NCBI GenBank assembly: GCA_963674755.2
Contig: CAXXVS010000001.1
Span: 960,001 to 1,024,000 of the forward strand
Direction: 5' to 3'
Length of the DNA stretch: 64,000 nucleotides
DNA from: Desulfobacterales bacterium
GTDB taxonomy: Bacteria > Desulfobacterota > Desulfobacteria > Desulfobacterales > UBA5852
Below, one piece after another: positions 19,203-28,217 of this stretch (position 1 is its first letter; each line of letters starts with the position of its first letter). The position numbers and the translations under genes are program-made. The notes beneath the pieces were generated by a model that saw nothing but the letters and a program-made list of their open reading frames with translations, did no database searches and had not been told where the DNA came from.

Positions 19203-20699
19203 ATGACATCCTATGATTATGACATCGCCATCATCGGCGGGGGGGCCGCGGGCCTGACCGTGGCCTCCGGGGCCGCCCAACTGGGTGCCCGCACCCTGCT
19301 CATCGAAAAGGACGCGGCCCTGGGTGGCGATTGTCTGCATTACGGCTGCGTGCCCAGCAAAACCCTGATCAAATCGGCGCAGGTGTATTACGCCATCAAG
19401 AATGCCCGGGCATACGGCTTGCCGGACATCGAGGTGCCCCCCATCGATTTCCGCCGGGTGGCCGATCGCATCCGTTCCGTGGTGGCGGTGATCCAAAAAC
19501 ATGATTCCGTGGAACGGTTCTGCGGTTTGGGAGCCCAAGTGGCGTTCGGCGCGGCACGCTTCACGGACGACCACACCGTCGCGCTCGAGGGGCGGTCTTA
19601 CACCGCCCAAAAATGGGTTGTGGCCACCGGGTCCTCGCCCGTTGTCCCCCCCATCGAAGGACTGGCGGAGGCCGGCTACCTGACCAACCGGGAGATCTTT
19701 TATATGGAGCGCCTGCCGGCCTCCATGACCATCCTGGGCGGAGGCCCCATCGGCATCGAAATGGCCCAGGCCTTCAATCGCTTCGGTTGCCGGGTGAGCG
19801 TGGTGGATAGGGGCCGCCAAATTCTCGCCAAGGAAGACAAGGACATGGCCGATGAGGTGATGGCGGTGCTGGAAGAGGAGGGCGTCACCTTCCATCTCAA
19901 TGCCAAAGTCATCCGCGTCCGCAGAGAGGGCGCGGCGCATAAGGCGGTTGTGGTCCAGACCGCGGACGGGGAGCAGACGCTCGTTTCCGAGGCGCTGTTG
20001 GTGGCCAGCGGCCGGTCGGCCAACGTCGGGGGGTTGAATCTGGAGGCCATCGGGGTGGCGTTCGACCGCGGCGGCATCAAGGTGGACGAGCGCCTGCGAA
20101 CCTCCCGGAAGCATATCTTCGCGGCCGGCGACGTCAACGGCGGCTACCAGTTTACCCACGCCGCCGGCTACGAAGGGGGCCTCGTGGTGGCCAATGCCGT
20201 TTTCCGTCTGCCCCGCAAGGCGGATTACACCTATCTGCCCTGGTGCACCTACACCGATCCGGAGCTGGCCAGCATCGGCCTGAACGAGAAAGCCGCCCAG
20301 GCCCGCGGCGAGGCATACAGCGTGTTCGCCGAAGCCTTTGCGGACAACGATCGCAGCCTGGCCGAGGGGCAGCGCCGGGGACGCATCAAATTGCTGCTCG
20401 ACCGCAAGGAAAAGCCCCTCGGTGTCCAGATTCTCGGTCCGCGGGCCGGCGATCTGGTGAGCGAATGGGTGGCCGCCTTGAACGGCCAGGTCAAGCTGGC
20501 CACCCTGGCCGCGGCGGTGCATCCCTATCCCACCCTGGGGGAGATCAACAAGCGGGTGGCCGGCAGCTATCTGGCCCCCAAGATTTTTTCCGAAAAGGTC
20601 AAAAAGGGGCTCAAGTTGATCTTCAGCCTGAAGGGGCGGGCCTGCGGCGGCCCCCGGGACCAATGCCGGCAGGATTGTGAGCGGGGGGAGGACGCATGA
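19203..20699 (+). CDS. FAD-dependent pyridine nucleotide-disulfide oxidoreductase (LPD/MerA-like)
   Basis: GGGAAG, redox-active GGDCLHYGCVPSK, GGGPIGIE, AAGDV, HPYPTLGE. Confidence 0.9.
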   Translation: MTSYDYDIAIIGGGAAGLTVASGAAQLGARTLLIEKDAALGGDCLHYGCVPSKTLIKSAQVYYAIKNARAYGLPDIEVPPIDFRRVADRIRSVVAVIQKHDSVERFCGLGAQVAFGAARFTDDHTVALEGRSYTAQKWVVATGSSPVVPPIEGLAEAGYLTNREIFYMERLPASMTILGGGPIGIEMAQAFNRFGCRVSVVDRGRQILAKEDKDMADEVMAVLEEEGVTFHLNAKVIRVRREGAAHKAVVVQTADGEQTLVSEALLVASGRSANVGGLNLEAIGVAFDRGGIKVDERLRTSRKHIFAAGDVNGGYQFTHAAGYEGGLVVANAVFRLPRKADYTYLPWCTYTDPELASIGLNEKAAQARGEAYSVFAEAFADNDRSLAEGQRRGRIKLLLDRKEKPLGVQILGPRAGDLVSEWVAALNGQVKLATLAAAVHPYPTLGEINKRVAGSYLAPKIFSEKVKKGLKLIFSLKGRACGGPRDQCRQDCERGEDA

Positions 20700-20791
20700 C
20701 GGGGAATGCGCCATCGTCTAACCCATCGGCATGGCGCAGAGCGTGCCCCGCGCCAGTTCCCATTGGGGTGCGTACAGAGGAGAAGACAGAC

Positions 20792-21487
20792 ATGGATGCC
20801 AACAGCGGGGAGAATGACGGCCGCCGCAAGGCCATATGGAAGGCGGCCCTTTTTCTCCTGTTCATCGTCGGAGCCATAGGTCTGGTGCGCTACTCGCCGC
20901 TGAAGGCCTACCTCACGACCGGAGCGCTGCAGCAATTCCTCGATGCCGCCGGTTTCTGGGCGCCGGTGGTCTTCATGCTCGTGTATGCCGCCGGGGTGTG
21001 CCTGTTCATCCCGGGCACCCTTCTGACAGGCTTGGGGGCGGCCATCTTCGGGGCCTATTGGGGCTTTGTGGTTGTCTGGGTGGGGGCCATGCTGGGGGCC
21101 GCTCTGGCTTTCCTGATCGGAAGGACCCTGGGCCGGGACTTCGCCGCGTCCCTCATCGGCGACCGGCTGCGCAAATATGACGATGCCATCCGGCGCAACG
21201 GGTTTGCCACGGTGTTATACCTGCGGCTGGTCTATTTTCCCTTCACGCCGCTGAATTTCGGCATGGGCTTAACGAGCGTCCGCTTCCGGGACTATATCTT
21301 CGGGACCGGTTTGGGGATTATGGTGGGGACCTTTGTTTTTACCTTTTTCGTCGGAACTCTGAAAGAGATCTGGGCTTCCGGGGATTGGGGACGGCTGCTG
21401 TCCGTCAAAGTCTTTTTCGCCATTGTCTTGTTTGTTTTCTCCTTTTTTATTCCGAAGGTGATCAAACGGTTGCAGGGCGAGGCTTGA
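20792..21487 (+). CDS. TVP38/TMEM64 (DedA/SNARE-associated) membrane protein
   Basis: PGTLLTGLGAAIFG, FLIGRTLGR, LRLVYFPF...NFGMGLT; GAGGAG before ATG 20792. Confidence 0.88.
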   Translation: MDANSGENDGRRKAIWKAALFLLFIVGAIGLVRYSPLKAYLTTGALQQFLDAAGFWAPVVFMLVYAAGVCLFIPGTLLTGLGAAIFGAYWGFVVVWVGAMLGAALAFLIGRTLGRDFAASLIGDRLRKYDDAIRRNGFATVLYLRLVYFPFTPLNFGMGLTSVRFRDYIFGTGLGIMVGTFVFTFFVGTLKEIWASGDWGRLLSVKVFFAIVLFVFSFFIPKVIKRLQGEA

Positions 21488-21535
21488 ATCGGTTGGGGCC
21501 ATCGTTGCCATACTGGAAATGGAAAACCGGCTGTG

Positions 21536-21565
21536 TTGACAAGATAAAGCAGGGCACGCTATCAC
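21536..21565 (+). promoter_or_regulatory. Possible sigma-70 promoter for the ABC operon
   Basis: TTGACA (21536-21541), 18 nt, TATCAC. Confidence 0.4.
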
Positions 21566-21575
21566 ATAGCGCCTC

Positions 21576-21693
21576 GTCCTCCCGAACTGCCCGCCAAGGA
21601 TGCCGCAGAGAATGATACGGCAGTAGACAACCCATAGGCTGATGCGGGAATCGTCGATATCTTCCTCGTCCTGGCATGGGCATCGGGAGGGAC
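21576..21693 (+). other. Predicted structured leader RNA (long closing stem with internal hairpin)
   Basis: GTCCTCCCGA-ACTGCCC-GCCA-AGGATG can pair with CGTCCT-GGCA-TGGGCA-TCGGGAGGGAC; inner TGCCG/CGGCA hairpin. Confidence 0.4.
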
Positions 21694-21717
21694 AAATCCT
21701 TTGAGGAGCAAACGCTG

Positions 21718-22953
21718 ATGATTACATATGCTGCTATCCCCAAAAGCGTCCTTATGATGATGGTGTCTATCGCCGTGCTGACCTTGGCGATGGGTGAAGC
21801 TGTTGCGGATGAGCGGTCCTGGGAAGAGATCGTATCGGCCGCGCGCGGCCAGACGGTGGATTGGTTCATGTGGGGGGGCTCGCCCGCGGTGAACGCTTAT
21901 GTCAATGGGTATGTGGCCGAGCAGCTCAAGACACGGTACGCAATTACCCTGCGCCAGGCACCGGTCAAGGACATCGCTGAAGTGGTGGGCAAACTGGTGA
22001 TCGAAAAGCAGGCCGGCAAAGAGCGCGACGGGGGTGTGGATCTCATGTGGATCAACGGCGAGAATTTCCGGACTTGCAAAAAAAACGGCCTGCTCTACGG
22101 CCCCTTTGCGGACCGGCTGCCCAACCAGAAGCTGGTCAACCGGGAGAACCCTTCCGTCTCCAACGACTTCGGGGAGCCGGTGGAGGGCCTGGAGTCCCCC
22201 TGGGGCAGTGCCCAGGTGGTCATGATTTATGATACGGCGCGCGTGTCCCAACCGCCCCGCACGATTGGCGCCTTGCTGGAGTGGATCAAAGCCCATCCCG
22301 GCCGCTTTGCCTATCCGGCGCCGCCGGACTTTACCGGCTCGGTTTTCGTGCGCCACATCTTCTACCACGTGTCCGGTGATGCTCAACGCTGGCAGGGGCC
22401 CTTCGATCAGGCGGCCTTTGACCGGGCGGCCGCGGAAACCTACCGGGTCTTGAAGGAACTGGCGCCCTATCTCTGGCGGCAGGGGCAGACCTATCCCGAA
22501 TCGCCGGTGCGCCTGAATACGCTCTTTGCCGACGGTGAAGTGGACTTCTCCGTTTCCTACCACCAGGCCGAGGCCTCCCGCAATATCATCGACGGGCTGT
22601 TCCCGGATACGGTGCGCACCTTTGTTTTCGACGAGGGCACCATCGCCAACACCCATTTTGTGGCCATTCCCTTCAATGCCGCGGACAAAGCCGGGGCTAT
22701 GGTGGCGGCCAACTTTTTATTGTCGCCCGAAGCCCAGCTTACCAAGGCCGATCCCGACGTATGGGGGGATTTCCCGGCCATCGACCCGACGCGTCTTCCG
22801 GCGGAATGGCAGACACGCTTCCGGCAGCAGGCCCGGGGCATCGCTACCCTGAGCGATGCCCAACTCCAGGCCCATCAACTCCCGGAGCCCCCCTCGCAGA
22901 TTTTGATTCAGTTGGAGAAGGGTTGGCAGGAGCATGTCCTGAAAGGACGCTGA
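21718..22953 (+). CDS. ABC transporter substrate-binding protein, YnjB-like
   Basis: ARGQTV.WFMWGG, VDLMWINGENF, NDFGEPVEGLESPWG, YPAPPDFTG, GTIANTHFVAIPFNA, ANFLLSPEAQ. Confidence 0.82.
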   Translation: MITYAAIPKSVLMMMVSIAVLTLAMGEAVADERSWEEIVSAARGQTVDWFMWGGSPAVNAYVNGYVAEQLKTRYAITLRQAPVKDIAEVVGKLVIEKQAGKERDGGVDLMWINGENFRTCKKNGLLYGPFADRLPNQKLVNRENPSVSNDFGEPVEGLESPWGSAQVVMIYDTARVSQPPRTIGALLEWIKAHPGRFAYPAPPDFTGSVFVRHIFYHVSGDAQRWQGPFDQAAFDRAAAETYRVLKELAPYLWRQGQTYPESPVRLNTLFADGEVDFSVSYHQAEASRNIIDGLFPDTVRTFVFDEGTIANTHFVAIPFNAADKAGAMVAANFLLSPEAQLTKADPDVWGDFPAIDPTRLPAEWQTRFRQQARGIATLSDAQLQAHQLPEPPSQILIQLEKGWQEHVLKGR

Positions 22954-23861
22954 TGATATCGCGCGCCCGCCAAGACCTCGACGCCCGCACGCGGCCGGGG
23001 CCCGGATTCAAAGGATTGACGGTCCTGTTGGCCCCTGCCCTGGCGATCGTGCTGGTTCTATTCGGGGGCGGTCTCGCGCTGGGAGTGATGCAGGCCATGG
23101 GCTATCTGCCCGGCGCCGGTTTGGGGCGTCTGGGATTCCAGCATTTTGCACAGGTGCTGACCGATCCGGATTTCGCCACCAGTTTTGCGCTGACCTTCTA
23201 TGTCGCGGGCGTCTCCACGGCCATTGCCGCCGGGCTCAGTATCCTGGCGGCCCTCGGCCTGGCATCGCTGCGATCGCGATGGGTTCACTTTATTTTCCAA
23301 ATTCCCCTGACCGTGCCGCATCTGGTGGTGGCCGTGGCCATGCTGTTCCTGCTGGCGCCGGCCGGCCTGTTGTCCCGGGGGGCGGTGGCGCTCGGCTTGA
23401 TCGCGGGCCCGGCGGATTTCCCTTTGCTGATCAACGACAATTGGGGCATCGGGATCATCCTGGTCTATGTCTGGAAGGAGATTCCGTTTATCACCCTGAT
23501 GATTCTGGCCGTGCTGCGCAATTCCGGCCGGGAGCTGCTGGATGTGGGCCGCACCCTCAAGGCCGGGCCCTGGCAGCGGTTTCGCCATATCACCCTGCCG
23601 ATAATCTTCCCGGCCCTGGCGGCCGCCAGTCTGATCGTGTTCGCCTTCACCTTCGGCGCCTTCGAAGTCCCCTACCTGCTGGGTCGCACCTACCCCATGA
23701 CCCTGCCGGTGTGGGCCTACAAACATTATAGTGACATCGACCTGCTGGCACGCCCGGAGGGCATTGCCGCCGGGATCGTCATTGCCCTGGTGGTCGCGAC
23801 GGCGGTGGTGCTGGCCCAGATGCTGACCAGGGCCGCCCGCAAGAAGGGAATGGTCCTGTGA
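22953..23861 (+). CDS. ABC transporter permease (YnjC N-half/PotB-like)
   Basis: VPHLVVAVA, WKEIPF, EAA-like GRTLKAGPWQRFRHITLP; ATG overlaps the upstream TGA. Confidence 0.85.
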   Translation: MISRARQDLDARTRPGPGFKGLTVLLAPALAIVLVLFGGGLALGVMQAMGYLPGAGLGRLGFQHFAQVLTDPDFATSFALTFYVAGVSTAIAAGLSILAALGLASLRSRWVHFIFQIPLTVPHLVVAVAMLFLLAPAGLLSRGAVALGLIAGPADFPLLINDNWGIGIILVYVWKEIPFITLMILAVLRNSGRELLDVGRTLKAGPWQRFRHITLPIIFPALAAASLIVFAFTFGAFEVPYLLGRTYPMTLPVWAYKHYSDIDLLARPEGIAAGIVIALVVATAVVLAQMLTRAARKKGMVL

Positions 23862-24652
23862 AGGCTTGCCGGTACCGTTTGACAGGTTTGGCCGTGGTCC
23901 TGGCTGTGGGGCTGCCCTTTGTGCCGCTGGTTCTCTGGGCATTGGCGGACCGCTGGTTTTTCCCGGCGCTGTGGCCCCAATCCTTCGGTCTGCGGGCCTG
24001 GACCTATATCACCTCCACGGCCGGGGTCCAGGTCCTGGCCGCGGTTGGCCAGAGCATGGCGGTGGCGGCCATCACCGCCGTCATTGCCGTGGCGATGGCC
24101 GTCCCGGCCGGCCGGGCCCTGGGACTTTACGAATTCAAAGGCAAGGATCTGGTATCCATTCTGCTGACCCTGCCGGTGATCGTGCCGCCCCTTTGTGTGG
24201 CCATGGGGCTGCACCTCTGGTTTATCCGGCTGGGACTGGCCGAAACCTTGGGGGGCGTCATCGGCGTACACCTGACCTTTAGCCTGCCCTATGCCATTTT
24301 TGTGTTATGGGGCGTTTTCGCCAATTACAATCCCGATTTTGAAGACCAGGCGCGCTCGCTGGGGGCGTCACGGTTCAGGGTGATCACCCGGGTGATGCTG
24401 CCGATGATTCTGCCGGGCATCAGCGTGGCGGCCCTTTTTGCCTTTCTGTTGTCCTGGAGCCAATATTTGAGTACCTTGATCATCGGCGGCGGGCGTGTGA
24501 TGACCCTGCCTGTTTTGCTGTTCGCCCTCATGGGAAGCGGCGATCGACCGGTGGCCGCCGCGGTCAGCCTGGTGTTTGTGACGCCGGCCCTGGTGGCGCT
24601 TTTTTTCAGCGCCCGTTATCTGGGCGCCCGCAGCCTTGCCGGAGTGCGCTGA
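23858..24652 (+). CDS. ABC transporter permease (YnjC C-half/PotC-like)
   Basis: RWFFPALWP, EDQARSLGAS EAA loop, SWSQYLSTLIIGGG. Confidence 0.85.
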   Translation: MKACRYRLTGLAVVLAVGLPFVPLVLWALADRWFFPALWPQSFGLRAWTYITSTAGVQVLAAVGQSMAVAAITAVIAVAMAVPAGRALGLYEFKGKDLVSILLTLPVIVPPLCVAMGLHLWFIRLGLAETLGGVIGVHLTFSLPYAIFVLWGVFANYNPDFEDQARSLGASRFRVITRVMLPMILPGISVAALFAFLLSWSQYLSTLIIGGGRVMTLPVLLFALMGSGDRPVAAAVSLVFVTPALVALFFSARYLGARSLAGVR

Positions 24653-25689
24653 TGGGGAATCTGAGCTTGCACAATCTGACCGTCGGCTACGGGCGCCGGA
24701 ACATCATCCAGGGCTTCCAGCTCGATGTGCGTGACGGCGAGTTGGTTTCCCTGCTGGGCCCCAGCGGGGCCGGCAAAACCACGATCCTGAAAGTCGTGGC
24801 CGGCCTGCTGCCGCCCACCGGGGGCGATATCCTGATCGACGGGCGGTCGGTGATCGGCCTGGCCCCTGAGCAGCGCGACGCCGTGATGGTATTCCAGAAG
24901 CCGTTGCTGTTTCCGTTTATGAATGTGGAACAAAACATCGCTTTCGGTCTCCGCATGCAGAAGCGACACCCGGCCGAAGCCCGCCAAAACGTCGCAGAAA
25001 TTCTCTCCCTGACCCGCCTCGCAGGCCTGGAAGGGCGCAAGGTGCATGCCTTATCCGGCGGTCAGCAGCAGAGGGTGGCCCTGGCAAGGGCCCTGGTTCT
25101 GAAACCCTCGGTGCTGCTGCTGGACGAACCCCTCAGCAATCTGGATGCCAACCTGCGTCAGCGGATGCGGGACCTCATTCAGACCATTCAAGCGGAAACC
25201 GGCATGACCATGCTTTTTGTCACCCACGACCAGTCCGAGGCGCTTACGATATCCCATCGGGTGGCCCTGCTGCTGGACGGCCGGCTACGACAGGTGGGCA
25301 CGCCCCGTGAACTGTTCCATCAGCCGGCCGATCCGGAGGTGGCGCGCTTTTTCGGGGGGAAGAATTTTTTCCAGGGACGGGTGCAGGACGAACTTTTTAT
25401 CGCGGACTTCGGTCAATTTCTCGTGGGCCGCCAGGCGGGCAACGGCCATTTGCGGACGGCTACGGTCCGCCCCGAAGACATCATCATTGCACCGCGCCGC
25501 AAGGATTCCACGGCAGCGCTGACCGGGCGGATCGTCAAGGTGAACTTTGAAGGCAGTGCCACCCGGATCGTGGTGGCCTGCGCGGCCGGTGAGTTCATGG
25601 TGTTGACCGCCCAGGATCGGTTTACCCCCGGTGATGAGGTGGAACTGACGCTGCCGCCGGAGAAAATCAGGCTATTTCCCCTGCCCTAG
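24652..25689 (+). CDS. ABC transporter ATP-binding protein with C-terminal TOBE domain
   Basis: GPSGAGKTT, LSGGQQQRVALAR, LLLDEPLSNLD, FVTHDQ. Confidence 0.93.
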   Translation: MGNLSLHNLTVGYGRRNIIQGFQLDVRDGELVSLLGPSGAGKTTILKVVAGLLPPTGGDILIDGRSVIGLAPEQRDAVMVFQKPLLFPFMNVEQNIAFGLRMQKRHPAEARQNVAEILSLTRLAGLEGRKVHALSGGQQQRVALARALVLKPSVLLLDEPLSNLDANLRQRMRDLIQTIQAETGMTMLFVTHDQSEALTISHRVALLLDGRLRQVGTPRELFHQPADPEVARFFGGKNFFQGRVQDELFIADFGQFLVGRQAGNGHLRTATVRPEDIIIAPRRKDSTAALTGRIVKVNFEGSATRIVVACAAGEFMVLTAQDRFTPGDEVELTLPPEKIRLFPLP

Positions 25690-25758
25690 CCGTCGCTAAT
25701 GCGGCCTGGCAAGAGGACCGGGAGTCCGGAGCGTATTCCAGGTTAGGAGAATTCTTCA

Positions 25759-26793
25759 GTGTCCGATCGGATTGCCGCCCTGCCGGCCCGGATTGAGGCC
25801 TATCTGCGCCAGGGGGACTGGTCCCATTTGCCGATGCTGGCCGGCCGCCCCTTATCGGTCAGCCTGCTGGCCCGGGGAGAATACAACCTGAATTACCGGG
25901 TTCGGGCCGGCGAAGAAACCCTCGTTTTCCGGGTGAACATGGGCACCCAGATCGAGCGGGACGATCAGATTCAGTATGAATTCGCGGCGCTCAAGCTTCT
26001 GGAGGGCAGCGGCGTCACCCCCCATCCCTATTTCGTGGACGACTCCCGCACCTTTTTCGATCAGGGCATCGGGATCATGGAATTTCTGCCCGGCCGCCCT
26101 TTGGACTACACCACCGATCTCGATGCGGCGGCCGCCCTGCTGGCGCGGGTTCACCAGACGGCGGTTCCGGACGATCATCATCTCATCCGGGAGGAAGCCC
26201 CCCTGGATCTGATCTACCGGGAATGCGCCGGCCTGCTCGATACCTATTTTGAATCCGATCTGGCCGACCGGGCCATTGCCGCTTTTTTGCGCGAGGTTTT
26301 GGACTGGGCCGCACAAGCCCGCCGGCAGGAACGCTTCTACCAGGAAGACCCCTGGCCCTGCATTGTCAATACCGAGGTCAACTCGGGCAATTTCATCGTC
26401 AACCCCGATCGGCAGACCATTCACCTGGTGGATTGGGAAATGCCCCGCTGGGGGGATCCTTCCCAGGACCTCAGCCATTTCTGCTCGCCGTTGACCACTC
26501 TCTGGAAGACTGATTTCCGGATGACGCCAGGGGTAAAAATGCATTTTCTTAAAACCTATACCCGCCACCTTCACGACCCGCACCTGCGCGACACCCTGTT
26601 CGAGCGGGTGCGATTACGCGACCCCTTTGTCTATCTGCGGGGCATATCATGGTCGGCCATGGGGTGGGTGGCTTACCAGACGCAGTTTGCCGGAATGAAA
26701 AATCCTGACACCTGGGAGACGCTGCAGCGCTATCTGGATCTGGCGTTTATGCGCTCCCTTTTCGAACCTTTCATGCGGACGGCGGCATGCTGA
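25759..26793 (+). CDS. APH/choline-kinase-like phosphotransferase
   Basis: GEYNLNY, LVFR, Brenner-like IVNTEVNSGNF, LVDWE...GDPSQDL. Confidence 0.75.
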   Translation: MSDRIAALPARIEAYLRQGDWSHLPMLAGRPLSVSLLARGEYNLNYRVRAGEETLVFRVNMGTQIERDDQIQYEFAALKLLEGSGVTPHPYFVDDSRTFFDQGIGIMEFLPGRPLDYTTDLDAAAALLARVHQTAVPDDHHLIREEAPLDLIYRECAGLLDTYFESDLADRAIAAFLREVLDWAAQARRQERFYQEDPWPCIVNTEVNSGNFIVNPDRQTIHLVDWEMPRWGDPSQDLSHFCSPLTTLWKTDFRMTPGVKMHFLKTYTRHLHDPHLRDTLFERVRLRDPFVYLRGISWSAMGWVAYQTQFAGMKNPDTWETLQRYLDLAFMRSLFEPFMRTAAC

Positions 26794-26863
26794 AGATACC
26801 GCCGTCTGCCTTGCCTCTTGGCAGGGACCGGATACCGAAAGGGGACAGGTTTCAGCCGACAAC

Positions 26864-27499
26864 ATGAACCCGCGCGAGCGCCTTATTATTTTTACCCGCT
26901 ATCCGGAACCGGGAACCACCAAAACCCGGCTGATTGCGTGCCTCGGTGCTGAGGGGGCGGCCGATTTGCAACGGCAGATGACCGCCCGTGTCCTGTCCCA
27001 GGCCAGAGCCTTGAGGGATAGGCGAAGCCTGGATCTGGAGGTGCGCCATCAAGGCGGCAGCGGTCGGTTGATGCGGATCTGGCTGGGGGACGGGGTGAAC
27101 TACGTCGACCAGGGGGAAGGGGATCTCGGGCAGCGTATGGACCGGACCTTGCGTGATGCCGTGCAGCAGGGAGCTCTTGTAGCGGTCCTCATCGGCAGCG
27201 ACATTCCCGGCATCACTACGGCCCTGCTGGCGAAGGCGTTTGCGGAGATCGAAGCGGGGAAGGTGGTTTTGGGGCCGGCCACGGACGGCGGCTATTACCT
27301 TATCGGATTGACGGCGCTTGATATGAGCGCGGCGTCGTCGGCGATTTTCGCGGATATGCCCTGGGGGACGGCCGTGGTGCTCCAAGAGACCTGCCGCCGG
27401 CTGGCGCGTGTGGGACTTTGCTATACACTTCTTGATTCGTTAACGGATATTGACCGTCCGGAAGATCTCAGCGCCTGGGAGCCCTATCGGCACAAATGA
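26864..27499 (+). CDS. TIGR04282/DUF2064-like transferase (CofC-like NTP-transferase fold)
   Basis: IIFTRYPEPGTTKTRL, QGEGDLGQRM, LIGSDIP, VLGPATDGGYYLIG, DIDRPEDL. Confidence 0.88.
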   Translation: MNPRERLIIFTRYPEPGTTKTRLIACLGAEGAADLQRQMTARVLSQARALRDRRSLDLEVRHQGGSGRLMRIWLGDGVNYVDQGEGDLGQRMDRTLRDAVQQGALVAVLIGSDIPGITTALLAKAFAEIEAGKVVLGPATDGGYYLIGLTALDMSAASSAIFADMPWGTAVVLQETCRRLARVGLCYTLLDSLTDIDRPEDLSAWEPYRHK

Positions 27500-28200
27500 G
27501 CACCTTGCCCTGCAAACCTGTTATTTCCGTGGTCATTCCCACCCTGAATGAAGCGGCGCATATCGATCGCGTTCTTACAGCGGTTCTCCGGGGAAAAGCG
27601 GTGGAGGTCATTGTCGCGGACGGGGGCAGTGGGGATACCACCACGGACAAGGCGATGACCCATGGGGTGCATGTTTGTCGATGCACGGCCGGCCGGGCGC
27701 GCCAGATGAACCGGGGGGCGGCCCTGGCCCAGGGTGAGGTTCTCTTTTTTTTGCATGCCGACAGCCGCCTGCCGGCGAGCTATGACGACATCATCCGTCA
27801 CGCCCTTGCCGGCGAGGGGGTGGCGGCCGGAGCCTTTTCCCTCGGCATCGATGCCGCTTCCGCCGGGTTGCGCTTCATCGCAGGCTGCGCCAACTTGCGC
27901 TCCCGCGGCCTCGGCCTGCCTTACGGCGACCAGGGCTTGTTCCTCCGGGCGGACTGTTTTCAGGCCTGCGGGGGTTTCCCCGACCTGCCCATCATGGAAG
28001 ACGTTGTCATGGTCCGCCGCCTGCGGAAAACGGGCCGTATCGTCACGGTCCCGGAGCAGATCCGGACCTCGTCCCGCCGTTGGGAAAGGCTGGGCATACT
28101 GCGGACGACCCTGATCAATCAGGCGATTGTGGCGGGTTTCCTGCTGGGGGTTCCGGCCGCGCGTCTGACCCGCTGGTATCGGCATGCCCCGCCTAAATAG
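27496..28200 (+). CDS. TIGR04283-like GT2 glycosyltransferase
   Basis: SVVIPTLNE, DGGSGD, GRARQMNRGA, FLHADS, PYGDQGLF, PIMEDV, TSSRRW. Confidence 0.9.
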   Translation: MSTLPCKPVISVVIPTLNEAAHIDRVLTAVLRGKAVEVIVADGGSGDTTTDKAMTHGVHVCRCTAGRARQMNRGAALAQGEVLFFLHADSRLPASYDDIIRHALAGEGVAAGAFSLGIDAASAGLRFIAGCANLRSRGLGLPYGDQGLFLRADCFQACGGFPDLPIMEDVVMVRRLRKTGRIVTVPEQIRTSSRRWERLGILRTTLINQAIVAGFLLGVPAARLTRWYRHAPPK

Positions 28201-28217
28201 GGCCCACCGACGCATCA

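Noticed and set aside
19203..20699. Mercuric reductase merA or a true lpdA
   Set aside because: No C-terminal vicinal Cys-Cys, no mer genes and no 2-oxoacid dehydrogenase context
21488..21717. TPP riboswitch or SRP RNA upstream of the ABC binding protein
   Set aside because: Lacks CTGAGA and ACCTGA...TAATGC (TPP) and the CAGG-GRAA-AGCAG core (SRP) on either strand
25759..26793. Aminoglycoside resistance gene
   Set aside because: Fold-level similarity only, atypical catalytic loop, embedded in a metabolic operon
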